Shown: positions 19,040-27,794 of the stretch, piece after piece
Layout: the number at the start of each line of letters is the position of its first letter
Numbering within the stretch: position 1 is the stretch's first letter
NCBI GenBank assembly: GCA_035703635.1
Contig: DASSXV010000076.1
Span: 1 to 56,876, forward strand
From: Trueperaceae bacterium
GTDB taxonomy: Bacteria > Deinococcota > Deinococci > Deinococcales > Trueperaceae
Length of the DNA stretch: 56,876 nt
Direction of reading: 5' to 3'
Made by a program: the position numbers and the translations under genes
Notes under the pieces: generated by a model
The model's input: only the letters and a program-made list of their open reading frames with translations
What the model was told of the DNA's origin: nothing
Databases searched by the model: none

Positions 19040-20161
19040 TCACGCCTTGACGGCGCTCAGGTAGAGGCTCTCGTAGGCGCTGGTCATAGCGTCCACCCCG
19101 AAGACCTCGGCGGACCGCGCGGCAGCCTCGCCGAGGCGCCGCGCCAGGCCCGGCTCTGCCGCCACCCGCGCCAGCGCCGCGCTCAATGGCCCGGACGCCG
19201 AGGGGGGCACGAGCAGGCCGTTCACGCCGTCGGCAACGAGCTCCGGAACCCCACCCACGGCGGTGGCCACCACGGGGAGGCCAGCCGCGAGGGCCTCCAT
19301 GACAGACAACGGGTTGCCCTCGAAGTCCGACGCCAGTGCGAACGCGTCGGCCGCGCCTAGTGCCGCCACCACGTCGTTGCGCACGCCCAGGAACCGCACT
19401 CGCTCCGCCACCCCGAGCTGACGGGCGCGCGCCTCGAGGTCGCCTCGCAGGGCGCCGTCGCCCACGAGCACGAGCCAGGCGTCTTGCCGCTGCCTGGCCA
19501 CGTCCGCGAAGCCCTCTAGCAGCAGCGCGTGGTTCTTCTGTGCCATGAGCCGCGCCACGCACACGTACACGAAGGCGTCAAGCGGCAGGCCCTCCGCCTT
19601 GCGCCAGGCCGCCCTTCCCGTCACCGCGGCCCGCAGCGGGGCGAGGTCGATGCCGTTCGTTATCACGGGCGCCTCGCGGCCGTACATGCGGCGCACGCCA
19701 TCCGCCACCGCGCCTGCTACCGCCACCGGCCTCACGCGCCAGCCGTAGAGGAGGCGGCCGGCCACGCGGCCCGCCCCGTCCGCCTCGCGCTCGACCACGT
19801 TGTGGAGCGTGTGGACGGCCGCAACGCCCGGCGCAGCCAGGTAGGCGGGCAGGGCGTACGGCAGCACGGCCAGGTGCGAGTGCACCACGTCGGGACGGAA
19901 CTCGGTCAGCGCGCGCGCTATGCGCCCGAAGACGCGCGGGTCGAAGCCGAGGCGCTTGCCAAGGTAACGCACTTCGAGGCCGCGCGCCGCCAGCTCGGCC
20001 TCGAAGCGAGTGCCGCGCGGGCCGTAGAAGCTGGCGGCGCGCACGTCGAAGCGCGCTGGGTCGAGGTGCAGCATGAGGTTGGCGACCATGGCCTCGGCCC
20101 CGCCCACCCCGAACTCGGGGAGGAGTTGGAGGACACGGGTGCGCGCACCCTCACTTCGCAT
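19040..20161 (-). CDS. GT4 glycosyltransferase, paralog of 8853-9989
   Basis: RVLQLLPEFGVGGAE, QKNHALLL, AADAFALASDFEGNPLSVMEALA; start set at ATG 20161. Confidence 0.9.
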   Translation of the reverse strand: MRSEGARTRVLQLLPEFGVGGAEAMVANLMLHLDPARFDVRAASFYGPRGTRFEAELAARGLEVRYLGKRLGFDPRVFGRIARALTEFRPDVVHSHLAVLPYALPAYLAAPGVAAVHTLHNVVEREADGAGRVAGRLLYGWRVRPVAVAGAVADGVRRMYGREAPVITNGIDLAPLRAAVTGRAAWRKAEGLPLDAFVYVCVARLMAQKNHALLLEGFADVARQRQDAWLVLVGDGALRGDLEARARQLGVAERVRFLGVRNDVVAALGAADAFALASDFEGNPLSVMEALAAGLPVVATAVGGVPELVADGVNGLLVPPSASGPLSAALARVAAEPGLARRLGEAAARSAEVFGVDAMTSAYESLYLSAVKA

Positions 20162-20219
20162 GCTCACATCATGCGGCGGCTGGCCGCGCGTTGGGGGTGC
20201 GGTTGCGCGGCGCGCCGCC

Positions 20220-20699
20220 TCAGCCGGACACGGCGGCCTCGATGGCCGCAATGTCGATCTTCTTCATCGTCATCATGGCGTCGAACGCGCGCTTGGCCGT
20301 GGTGGGGTCGTTGCTCGTCGTCAGGTCGAGGAGCACGCGCGGCGTGATCTGCCATGAGTAACCCCAGCGGTCCTTGCACCATCCGCAAGCGCTCTCGGCG
20401 CCGCCGCCACTCACGATGGCGTTCCAGTAGCGGTCGGTCTCGGCCTGGTCGGCGGTCACCACCATGAAGCTCACCGACTCGTTCGGCTTGAAGTCGGGAC
20501 CGCCGTTGAGGCCCACGTACTTCTGCCCGAGGACGGTGAACTCGACGGTGAGCTCGTTGCCTTCTGTGCCGCCCGGGTAATCGCCGGGGGCGCCGTTCAC
20601 GCGGCCAACGCTACTGTCCGGGAACGTCGCGGCGTAGAACTGCGCCGCCTTGAGGGCCTCCCCGTGATCGAACCACATGCACGTGATCAGCTCAGCCAT
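20220..20699 (-). CDS. VOC/PhnB family protein (3-demethylubiquinone-9 3-methyltransferase-like)
   Basis: [52 protein letters not shown] before ATG 20699. Confidence 0.9.
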   Translation of the reverse strand: MAELITCMWFDHGEALKAAQFYAATFPDSSVGRVNGAPGDYPGGTEGNELTVEFTVLGQKYVGLNGGPDFKPNESVSFMVVTADQAETDRYWNAIVSGGGAESACGWCKDRWGYSWQITPRVLLDLTTSNDPTTAKRAFDAMMTMKKIDIAAIEAAVSG

Positions 20700-20731
20700 G
20701 GTGCCTCTCCATCCGTAGCGCGGCAGCCGTG

Positions 20732-22300
20732 CTAGAACAGGTCTTCGACGCTCACGGGCGCCTGCGGCTCGACGTACGCCGTGTCCATCTGCGCCAGCTG
20801 CAGCTTGCCAGACACGTCGTCGTTCACGCCGTGCCAGTACGTGTAGCTGTCTATCACCCAGATGCCGCTTTCGCGCGTACCGTTGCCGCTCGCCTTCACG
20901 CCGCCGAACGGCATGTGCGCCTCCGCGCCGTTGGTGGTGTTGTTGATGCTCGTCATGCCGGCCTGGATGTTGTCCTTGAAGGCGAAAGCCCACTCGCGGT
21001 GATTGGTGTAGATGCTGCTTGAGAGGCCGTAATCAACGGCGTTCGCAGCAGCTAGTGCCTCGTCGATGCCGTCGACCTTCACGAGGTTGATGGTCGGCCC
21101 GAAGATCTCTTCCTGGAAGAGCTTCATGCCAGGCTTGACGCCCTCCCACACCGTTGGCCAGCCGAAGATGCCGGCGTTAGCATCGCCAACGAAGCCGCTC
21201 GGCTTCGAGTCATCGGTGATGCGGCCCTTGCCGTAGAGGAGGGTGGCGCCGTCCTCCTTGCCCCACTCGTACTGCTGCTCCCAGCGCTTGAAGAAGCGCT
21301 CGTTGATGAACGGGCCGTACAGCACGTCCTGCGTCTGGAGCGGATCGCCGATGCGGATGCCCTCGACCGCGGCGAGGAAGCGTTTCTTGAACTCGTCGTA
21401 AACGGGAGCGTCGACGATGACGTTGCCAGCGCTCGTGCAGCGCTGACCGCCAGTAGCGAAGGCGGAGAACACGGCGCCCTGGACGGCGTTGTCAAGGTCG
21501 GCGTCGCGCATGACCACGAGCGGGTTCTTGCCGCCTAGCTCGAGGGTCGGGTGCTGCAGGTTGCGACCCGCCACCTCACCGACGTAACGGCCGACCGCGC
21601 TGGAGCCGGTGAACGCCAGCTTGTCGACCAGGCCGTCGTCCATGAGTTCGATCATGTACTGACCGGCAGCGTCCTTACCGCCACCGAACACCACGTTGAA
21701 GACCCCGGCGGGCAGGCCAGCGCCCAGAAGGATCTGCGCGAAGGCGTACGAGCAGGCAGGCACATCCTCAGACGGTTTCCAGACGATGGTGTTGCCCGTC
21801 ACGAGCGCGGGGATGATCTTCCAGCTCGGCACGGCGATCGGGAAGTTGCCTGCCGTGACGATGCCGACGACGCCCAACGGCCGGCGGTAGGTGGTCAGGT
21901 CCTTGTTAGGCATCTCGCTAGGGACGGTCTGACCGTAAAGGCGGCGGCCTTCGCTCTGGAAGAAGTAGCAGGTGTCGATAGCCTCTTGAACGTCGCCGCG
22001 GGCTTCCTTGAGGGTCTTGCCCATCTCGCGCGTGATGAGGCGCGAGAGCGACTCCTTCTCCCGCTCGATGGCCTGGCCGACGAGGCCGATGATCTGACCG
22101 CGGATGGGCGCGGGCGTCTTGGCCCATGACTTAGCCGCGGCTTTGGCGGCGCGTGCGGCCTCCTGCACCTGCTCCTTCGTTGCTTCGTAGAACGCGCCGA
22201 GCACGTCGGAGGTGTTGCTCGAGTTGCGGGTCTCGAAGGTCCGCGCCCCTAGGACCTCACGACCCCCGTAGAGGTGTGGGTAAGTCTTGGTTTGAGTCAT
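20732..22300 (-). CDS. Aldehyde dehydrogenase family protein
   Basis: [20 protein letters not shown], catalytic [31 protein letters not shown]. Confidence 0.93.
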   Translation of the reverse strand: MTQTKTYPHLYGGREVLGARTFETRNSSNTSDVLGAFYEATKEQVQEAARAAKAAAKSWAKTPAPIRGQIIGLVGQAIEREKESLSRLITREMGKTLKEARGDVQEAIDTCYFFQSEGRRLYGQTVPSEMPNKDLTTYRRPLGVVGIVTAGNFPIAVPSWKIIPALVTGNTIVWKPSEDVPACSYAFAQILLGAGLPAGVFNVVFGGGKDAAGQYMIELMDDGLVDKLAFTGSSAVGRYVGEVAGRNLQHPTLELGGKNPLVVMRDADLDNAVQGAVFSAFATGGQRCTSAGNVIVDAPVYDEFKKRFLAAVEGIRIGDPLQTQDVLYGPFINERFFKRWEQQYEWGKEDGATLLYGKGRITDDSKPSGFVGDANAGIFGWPTVWEGVKPGMKLFQEEIFGPTINLVKVDGIDEALAAANAVDYGLSSSIYTNHREWAFAFKDNIQAGMTSINNTTNGAEAHMPFGGVKASGNGTRESGIWVIDSYTYWHGVNDDVSGKLQLAQMDTAYVEPQAPVSVEDLF

Positions 22301-22452
22301 GTTCGCTCCTTGCCGTCATTACAACATGACGCGGCGCGCGGGCCTGCAGTGGGAATGAGAGCCCCTCAACTTGACTAACCAAGAACGCCACCTCGGAGGG
22401 TGGCAGCCAAACGACTTAGGTGACCCGAGCATGCATGTGATACTGTGAAGAC

Positions 22453-22689
22453 ATGCGCAATATCACAGTCACCGTAGACGAGGAGACGTACCGCCGTGCC
22501 AGGGTGAAGGCGGCCGAGCTCGACACGTCGGTCTCAAGGCTCGTACGCGATTACCTCATCGAGTTGGCGGCTGACGATAGCGAGTTCGAACACCTCGAGC
22601 GCCTTGAGGCTGAGCAGCGAGGCCGGGTCGTCGACTTCAGCGCGAAGGACAGGCTCACGCGCGACCAGGTCCACGAGCGTCACGCGTGA
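22453..22689 (+). CDS. Antitoxin (VapB/ribbon-helix-helix type)
   Basis: MRNITVTVDEE..RRARV.AA...TSVS.LVRDYL RHH signature; overlaps the downstream PIN gene (GTGA). Confidence 0.82.
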   Translation: MRNITVTVDEETYRRARVKAAELDTSVSRLVRDYLIELAADDSEFEHLERLEAEQRGRVVDFSAKDRLTRDQVHERHA

Positions 22690-23111
22690 GCAGGTTCCTC
22701 GACACGAACGTCCTTCTCTACTCCATCAGCACCAACCCAGACGAGGCGGAGAAACGCTCGATCGCAGTGGCTGCCCTGGCGCATCCGCGCAACGCGCTGT
22801 CGGTGCAGGTGCTGCAGGAGTTCTACGTGCAGAGCACGAGAGCGTCGCTACCCACGCCCCTCCCTCATGAACTGGCGGTTCAACTAATGCGGGCGTGGAC
22901 GCGCTTCCCGTTGCAGGTCACCACCCCAGAGGTCATGTTCCTGGCCCTCGCCCTGCGCGAGCGTTACCGCTTCTCCTACTGGGACGCGGCAGTTGTAGCG
23001 GCCGCTCAAACCCTCGGCTGTTCCGAGTTGTGGTCGGAGGACATGCAGCACGCTCAAGTGGTAGGAGGCGTGACGATCGTGAATCCGTTCCTGGGCGCCG
23101 CAGCAAGCTGA
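22686..23111 (+). CDS. PIN-domain toxin (VapC family)
   Basis: FLDTNVLLY, QVLQEF, SYWDA.VVAAA..GC..LWSEDMQH, NPF. Confidence 0.9.
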   Translation: MSRFLDTNVLLYSISTNPDEAEKRSIAVAALAHPRNALSVQVLQEFYVQSTRASLPTPLPHELAVQLMRAWTRFPLQVTTPEVMFLALALRERYRFSYWDAAVVAAAQTLGCSELWSEDMQHAQVVGGVTIVNPFLGAAAS

Positions 23112-23141
23112 GTCTTGAACCCAAGCGCGAGTGGCAGACCC

Positions 23142-23924
23142 TCACCCCTTCCGCAAGAACCACACCTGTTCGCTCGGCCACGCGGCCGCCCACTCACCGG
23201 AGACGAAGAAGCGTGTCTCCTCGCTGGGCGCGGCCGGCCGCGGCTCCTTGAACCCCTCGATGCTGAAGCCCGTGCGCCTGAAGAGGCTCACCCACTCCTC
23301 GAAGGTGAGGTTGAACTCCACACCGCCCGGGTCTATCGGCACGTTCGACCAGTCGTAGCGGTGACCCCCGAAGTAGGGCCTTTGCAGTCTAAGGGTGAGG
23401 GCGCTGCCGTCCGCTGGGCTGAAGGCTGGCACGAAGGGGTGGTTGCCGAGGAAGCGCAGGAGTCCGCCTGGCCGCAAGATGCGGTGCGCTTCCGGCAGCC
23501 ACGCGTGGGGGTCGCACCAGATGGCGGCGCCGTACTCGCTGATGGCGAAGTCGAAGCTGTCGTCCGCGAACGGTGTGTGCTCGGCATCGCCGTGCACGAA
23601 CTCGACGGTGGCGCCGTGTTCGGCAGCCAGCCGTCTGGCGGTCGCGAGTTGCCCTTCCGCGACGTCGATGCCCGTCACTTGAGCCCCGCGCCGCGCCATC
23701 CAGCCGGACACGTAGCCGGTACCGCAACCGAGCTCCACGGCCCGCAGGCCGCTCATGGCTGCTGGGAGGAGGCCGAGCTCGTGCTCAGGCACGTTCCAGA
23801 TCCCCCAGTACGGCTCCGGCGCCGACCAAGCGCGTTCGCCGGCCGCCACCCAATCGAGGGCTCGTTCGTTCCAGTAGCTGCGGTTGAGGGCCACGTGCGC
23901 TGGCCCGCCATCGTTCTGGTCCAT
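23142..23924 (-). CDS. Class I SAM-dependent methyltransferase
   Basis: VELGCGTG motif I, TGID, HGDAE..PF.D.SFD, RILRPGG; TAGCAT 5 nt before ATG 23924. Confidence 0.9.
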   Translation of the reverse strand: MDQNDGGPAHVALNRSYWNERALDWVAAGERAWSAPEPYWGIWNVPEHELGLLPAAMSGLRAVELGCGTGYVSGWMARRGAQVTGIDVAEGQLATARRLAAEHGATVEFVHGDAEHTPFADDSFDFAISEYGAAIWCDPHAWLPEAHRILRPGGLLRFLGNHPFVPAFSPADGSALTLRLQRPYFGGHRYDWSNVPIDPGGVEFNLTFEEWVSLFRRTGFSIEGFKEPRPAAPSEETRFFVSGEWAAAWPSEQVWFLRKG

Positions 23925-24030
23925 GAGGAATGCTAACGGGAACGGGGCCAGTGCTGTCGTTCGTGGGCGCCCGCTCAGGCTTCTGCTCTCAGACTTCTGG
24001 CCCGCACCCCCGAAGCGGTATGCTCCCTCA

Positions 24031-24065
24031 AACCTTTTAACCGGTCCAGCGAGGCCGGAAGGGAG
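24031..24065 (+). promoter_or_regulatory. PyrR-binding RNA stem-loop (pyrR leader) overlapping the SD
   Basis: AACCTTTTAACCGGTCCAGCGAGGCCGGAAGGGAG fits the PyrR binding-loop pattern (CCUUU.AA..RGUCCNGNGAGGY..AAGG); -10 TATGCT at 24019-24024. Confidence 0.85.
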
Positions 24066-24072
24066 ACACAGC

Positions 24073-24642
24073 ATGGTCAACGTCCAACACCCGCACCCGA
24101 ACCTGGTCATGAAGGCCACCCTCTTAGGGGCGGCCGAACTCGAGCGCGCGCTCAAGCGCATCGCGCACGAGGTCATCGAGCGCAACAAGGGCGCAGAGCG
24201 CCTCGCGCTGGTCGGCATTCACACGCGCGGGGTGCCCATCGCGGAGCGCCTCGCGGCCTACATCGCGGAGTTCGAAGGCGTCACGCCGCCCGTCGGCAAG
24301 CTAGACATCACGCTTTACCGCGACGACCTCACCGAGATCGCACTGCAACCGATCGTCAAGCGTACCGAGGTGGAGTTCGACGTTCATGGCATGCGCATCG
24401 TGTTATGCGATGACGTGCTCTTCACGGGCCGCACTGCGCGCGCCGCGCTCGACGCGCTCATCGACATGGGGAGGCCAGACGTCATCCAGTACGCCGTCGT
24501 GGTCGACCGCGGCCACAGGGAACTGCCCATCCGCGCCGATTACGTCGGTAAGAACGTGCCGACATCCTCGACAGAGGTGGTGCAGGTGAAGTTGGTTGAG
24601 ACGGACGGCGTCGACGCGGTCGAGCTGTGGGAACGCGCTTGA
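24073..24642 (+). CDS. pyrR: Pyrimidine operon regulator / UPRTase PyrR
   Basis: [55 protein letters not shown]. Confidence 0.96.
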   Translation: MVNVQHPHPNLVMKATLLGAAELERALKRIAHEVIERNKGAERLALVGIHTRGVPIAERLAAYIAEFEGVTPPVGKLDITLYRDDLTEIALQPIVKRTEVEFDVHGMRIVLCDDVLFTGRTARAALDALIDMGRPDVIQYAVVVDRGHRELPIRADYVGKNVPTSSTEVVQVKLVETDGVDAVELWERA

Positions 24643-25616
24643 TGGCGGCGCCGACCGTCACTGGACCGTCGCCTCTCCGCTCCCGCCACCTCCTCGACTT
24701 CGCCGCTTGGGCGCCTGCGGACATCGTTGGGCTGCTAGACACGGCGGACGTCATGGCGCAGGTCCTCACCCGCACCATCAAGAAAGTCCCTGCCCTGCAG
24801 GGTTTCACGGTCGCTACCCTCTTCTTCGAGGACAGTACGCGGACGCGTCTCAGCTTCGAGCGCGCCGCCCGCGCCCAAAGCGCTGACGTCATCGGGTTCG
24901 CGGCTGGGGGTTCGTCGCTCAAGAAGGGCGAGAGTCTGCGCGACACGCTGCGCACCGTCGACCAGTTGCAGGTCGACCTGTACGTGGTGCGCCACCCGGC
25001 AAGCGGCGCACCTTACCAGTTGACGCAGTGGACGGACGCCGCCATCGTCAACGCTGGCGACGGCCGCCGTGCCCACCCGACCCAAGCCCTCCTCGACGCG
25101 TACACGCTGCGCAAGCGTTTCGGTGCAGCTGCGGGCGGCGAGCTGCCGTTCACGGGCAAGCGCCTCGCCATCATCGGCGACATCGATCACTCGCGCGTGG
25201 CGCGCTCGAACATCGAGCTCTTCACGAAGCTCGGGGGTGAGGTCACGTTGTGCGGCCCGGCCACCCTAGTGCCGCGCGAGTTCGGTAACCTGCCGGGAGT
25301 GCGGCTCGCTAACAGGCTCGAGGAGGCGGTAGAGGGCGCGCACGCCGTGATGGCACTGCGCTTGCAGCGCGAACGCATGACCGCCGGCCTGCTGCCGTCG
25401 TTGAGCGAGTACGTCGCGCGCTTCCAGCTCACGGAGGCCACCATGAAGCTCGCTCGAGCGGACGCTGTGCTCATGCACCCTGGTCCACTCGTGCGCGACC
25501 TCGAGGTGGAAAGCAGCCTGGCTGACGGGCCGCGGAGCGTCATAGAAGAACAGGTCGCCAACGGCGTTCCTGTGCGCATGGCCGTGCTCTACACGCTGCT
25601 GGTCGGCAAGCGCTAG
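24642..25616 (+). CDS. pyrB: Aspartate carbamoyltransferase catalytic subunit
   Basis: FFEDSTRTRLSFE, KGESLRDT, NAGDG..AHPTQALLD, GDI.HSRVARSN, RLQRER, MHPGP; TGATG coupling. Confidence 0.96.
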   Translation: MAAPTVTGPSPLRSRHLLDFAAWAPADIVGLLDTADVMAQVLTRTIKKVPALQGFTVATLFFEDSTRTRLSFERAARAQSADVIGFAAGGSSLKKGESLRDTLRTVDQLQVDLYVVRHPASGAPYQLTQWTDAAIVNAGDGRRAHPTQALLDAYTLRKRFGAAAGGELPFTGKRLAIIGDIDHSRVARSNIELFTKLGGEVTLCGPATLVPREFGNLPGVRLANRLEEAVEGAHAVMALRLQRERMTAGLLPSLSEYVARFQLTEATMKLARADAVLMHPGPLVRDLEVESSLADGPRSVIEEQVANGVPVRMAVLYTLLVGKR

Positions 25617-25706
25617 TCGTGGTTGGCGCCGCGCCGGTCCCGGATCTAGCCCTGGCCACCCACCCCACCGCCTGAGAGGCGAACCCACCCGAAAGCGAGA
25701 CCGAGC

Positions 25707-26408
25707 ATCAGCATCCTAGAAGTTCAGAACATCAAGAAGTCATACGGTAGCGGCGAAAGCTACTTCGAGGCGCTCAAGGGCGTGTCCCTCACCGTCGAAG
25801 CTGGCGAGTCCGTGGCCATCGTCGGCAAGAGCGGCTCAGGTAAGTCCACGCTAATGCACTTGTTGGCTCTCCTCGACACGCCTGACTCAGGCAGGGTGCT
25901 GGCGGATGGCGCCGACGCCAGCGAACTCTCCCCCAGCGCGCTCAATCACCTGCGCAACAGCACGTTCGGTTTCGTGTTCCAACAGTTCTTCATGATTCCG
26001 AACGCCACCGTGCTCGACAACGTCATACTGCCTCTCAAGATCGCGGGCATGCCGCACGGCAAGCGCGTAGCTAGGGGCCGGGAGGTGCTGCGTCAAGTCG
26101 AGCTCGAGGACAAGGCCAAGAACCTCGCGACGGCACTCTCGGGCGGGCAGAAGCAGCGCACGGTCATCGCGAGGGCACTCTCGAACTCGCCGCGCATCAT
26201 CTTCGCTGACGAACCTACAGGCAACCTAGATAGCGCCACCAGCGAGGTCATCGAGGACCTCCTCTTCGACCTCAACAAGTCGCAGGGCATCACGCTCGTG
26301 ATCGTCACTCACGACGAGGACCTGGCCGCGCGCTGCGACCGGCGCGTCTACATCAAAGACGGCCTTATCGTCGATGCGCCGACTGCAACCACCGAGGTGT
26401 CGGCGTGA
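25707..26408 (+). CDS. ABC transporter ATP-binding protein (MacB/LolD type); true start probably the non-canonical ATC at 25707
   Basis: GKSGSGKST, LSGGQKQR, FADEPTGNLD, VTHD; the frame upstream of GTG 25782 reads SILEVQNIKKSYGSGESYFEALKG, a typical family N-terminus. Confidence 0.88.
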   Translation: MSILEVQNIKKSYGSGESYFEALKGVSLTVEAGESVAIVGKSGSGKSTLMHLLALLDTPDSGRVLADGADASELSPSALNHLRNSTFGFVFQQFFMIPNATVLDNVILPLKIAGMPHGKRVARGREVLRQVELEDKAKNLATALSGGQKQRTVIARALSNSPRIIFADEPTGNLDSATSEVIEDLLFDLNKSQGITLVIVTHDEDLAARCDRRVYIKDGLIVDAPTATTEVSA

Positions 26409-27700
26409 GGTTCGGGGAGATCATCACCACGGCCATCGGCAACGCGTTCCGCAGCAAGCTGCGGACCATCCTCACCATCCTCGCCATCTTCGTCGGCGCC
26501 TTCACCCTCACCCTCACGAACGGGGTCGGCACGGGAGTGACGCGCTACATCGACGCGCAGGTGAGCTCCCTAGGCGAGAACGACGTCATGCTAGTCAGTC
26601 AGGCGTCGATCAGAGAAGGTGGGTTCGGCGACAACTCGAGCGGCCCGACGCCGTACGACCCAGACAAGGCCGTCGTCGCCGGTCAGGGTGGGCCGCAGTT
26701 CGCGGCACTGACGAGGGCGGACCTCACCACCATCGGCGCCACGAAAGGCGTCCTGTCGGTCGAGCCGCTGCGCGTCGTGTCTCCCAACTACATCGCGGGC
26801 GCCAACGGCAAGAAGTACGAGCTGACCGTCAACCCGTCACCCACCGGCTCGAACATCGACCTAGTTGCGGGCTCCGCCTTCCCGCGCGACGAGGCGGCCA
26901 GCCTGCTGCTTCTCCCAGCCAGTTACGTTGAACCCCTCGGCTTCGCTAACGCCACTGCGGCGGTCGGGGCGCCCGTCTCGATCGGCATTCAGGACGTGTT
27001 CGGTAAGGAGCACGTCGTGCTTGGGGCGATCTCCGGCGTGCAGGAGGACACCATCCTGGCGTTCGGGATGAGCGTAAGCAGAGGCTTCACGGAGGCCCTT
27101 TACGCGGCGCAGACGGCTGGCCTTCCCGCGGTGGCCGCGGACATCTACCCGGTGGCAGTGGCGCGGTTCTCACCTAGCGCAAGCGCCGCGCAAGTGAGCG
27201 CCATCAAGGAGGCCCTCAGCACCAATGGCTACAGGGGCCGCACGGTCGCTGACCAGTTGGGCGCCGTCAACTCGGTGGTAAACGGCATCGTCGGCGTGCT
27301 CAACGCCTTCGCCGTCATCGCCCTCATCGCCGCGAGCTTCGGCATCATCAACACGCTCCTCATGTCCGTGCAGGAGCGCACGCGCGAGATCGGCCTCATG
27401 AAGGCGATGGGCATGGGCGCATCCAAGGTCTTCGCGCTCTTCTCGGCGGAGGCCGTCGTGATCGGATTCCTCGGCAGCGCGATCGGGGCCGCCGTGGCCA
27501 TCGGTCTCGGCACCATCATCAGCAACGTGCTCGCCGCCGGCCCGCTAAGCGACCTCGCCGGATTGCGCGTCCTCGAGTTCAACCCCATCTCGGTCATCAC
27601 GGTCATCGTCGTGGTCATGCTCCTCGCGTTCCTCTCGGGCACCCTGCCCGCGGCGCGCGCTGCGAGGCTCGACCCCATCGAGGCGCTAAGGTACGAGTAA
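26405..27700 (+). CDS. ABC transporter permease (MacB/FtsX family)
   Basis: KLRTILTILAIFVG, large extracytoplasmic loop, GIINTLLMSVQERTREIGLMKAMG, PAARAARLDPIEALRYE. Confidence 0.93.
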   Translation: MRFGEIITTAIGNAFRSKLRTILTILAIFVGAFTLTLTNGVGTGVTRYIDAQVSSLGENDVMLVSQASIREGGFGDNSSGPTPYDPDKAVVAGQGGPQFAALTRADLTTIGATKGVLSVEPLRVVSPNYIAGANGKKYELTVNPSPTGSNIDLVAGSAFPRDEAASLLLLPASYVEPLGFANATAAVGAPVSIGIQDVFGKEHVVLGAISGVQEDTILAFGMSVSRGFTEALYAAQTAGLPAVAADIYPVAVARFSPSASAAQVSAIKEALSTNGYRGRTVADQLGAVNSVVNGIVGVLNAFAVIALIAASFGIINTLLMSVQERTREIGLMKAMGMGASKVFALFSAEAVVIGFLGSAIGAAVAIGLGTIISNVLAAGPLSDLAGLRVLEFNPISVITVIVVVMLLAFLSGTLPAARAARLDPIEALRYE

Positions 27701-27752
27701 CCAGCGCGTGGGCTACCGCGGCGCCTCAACACCGCGGCAGCTCACGCACCCA

Positions 27753-27787
27753 AACCTTTTAACCGGCCCCGTGAGGCCGGAAGGGAG
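27753..27787 (+). promoter_or_regulatory. Second PyrR-binding RNA stem-loop (pyrC leader) overlapping the SD
   Basis: AACCTTTTAACCGGCCCCGTGAGGCCGGAAGGGAG, near-identical to 24031-24065; 7 nt before ATG 27795. Confidence 0.85.
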
Positions 27788-27794
27788 CAGTAGC

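Noticed and set aside
22387-22404. GCCACC-N6-GGTGGC hairpin upstream of the aldehyde dehydrogenase as a riboswitch or attenuator
   Set aside because: No recognisable aptamer consensus and only a weak U-tract; could be an ordinary hairpin
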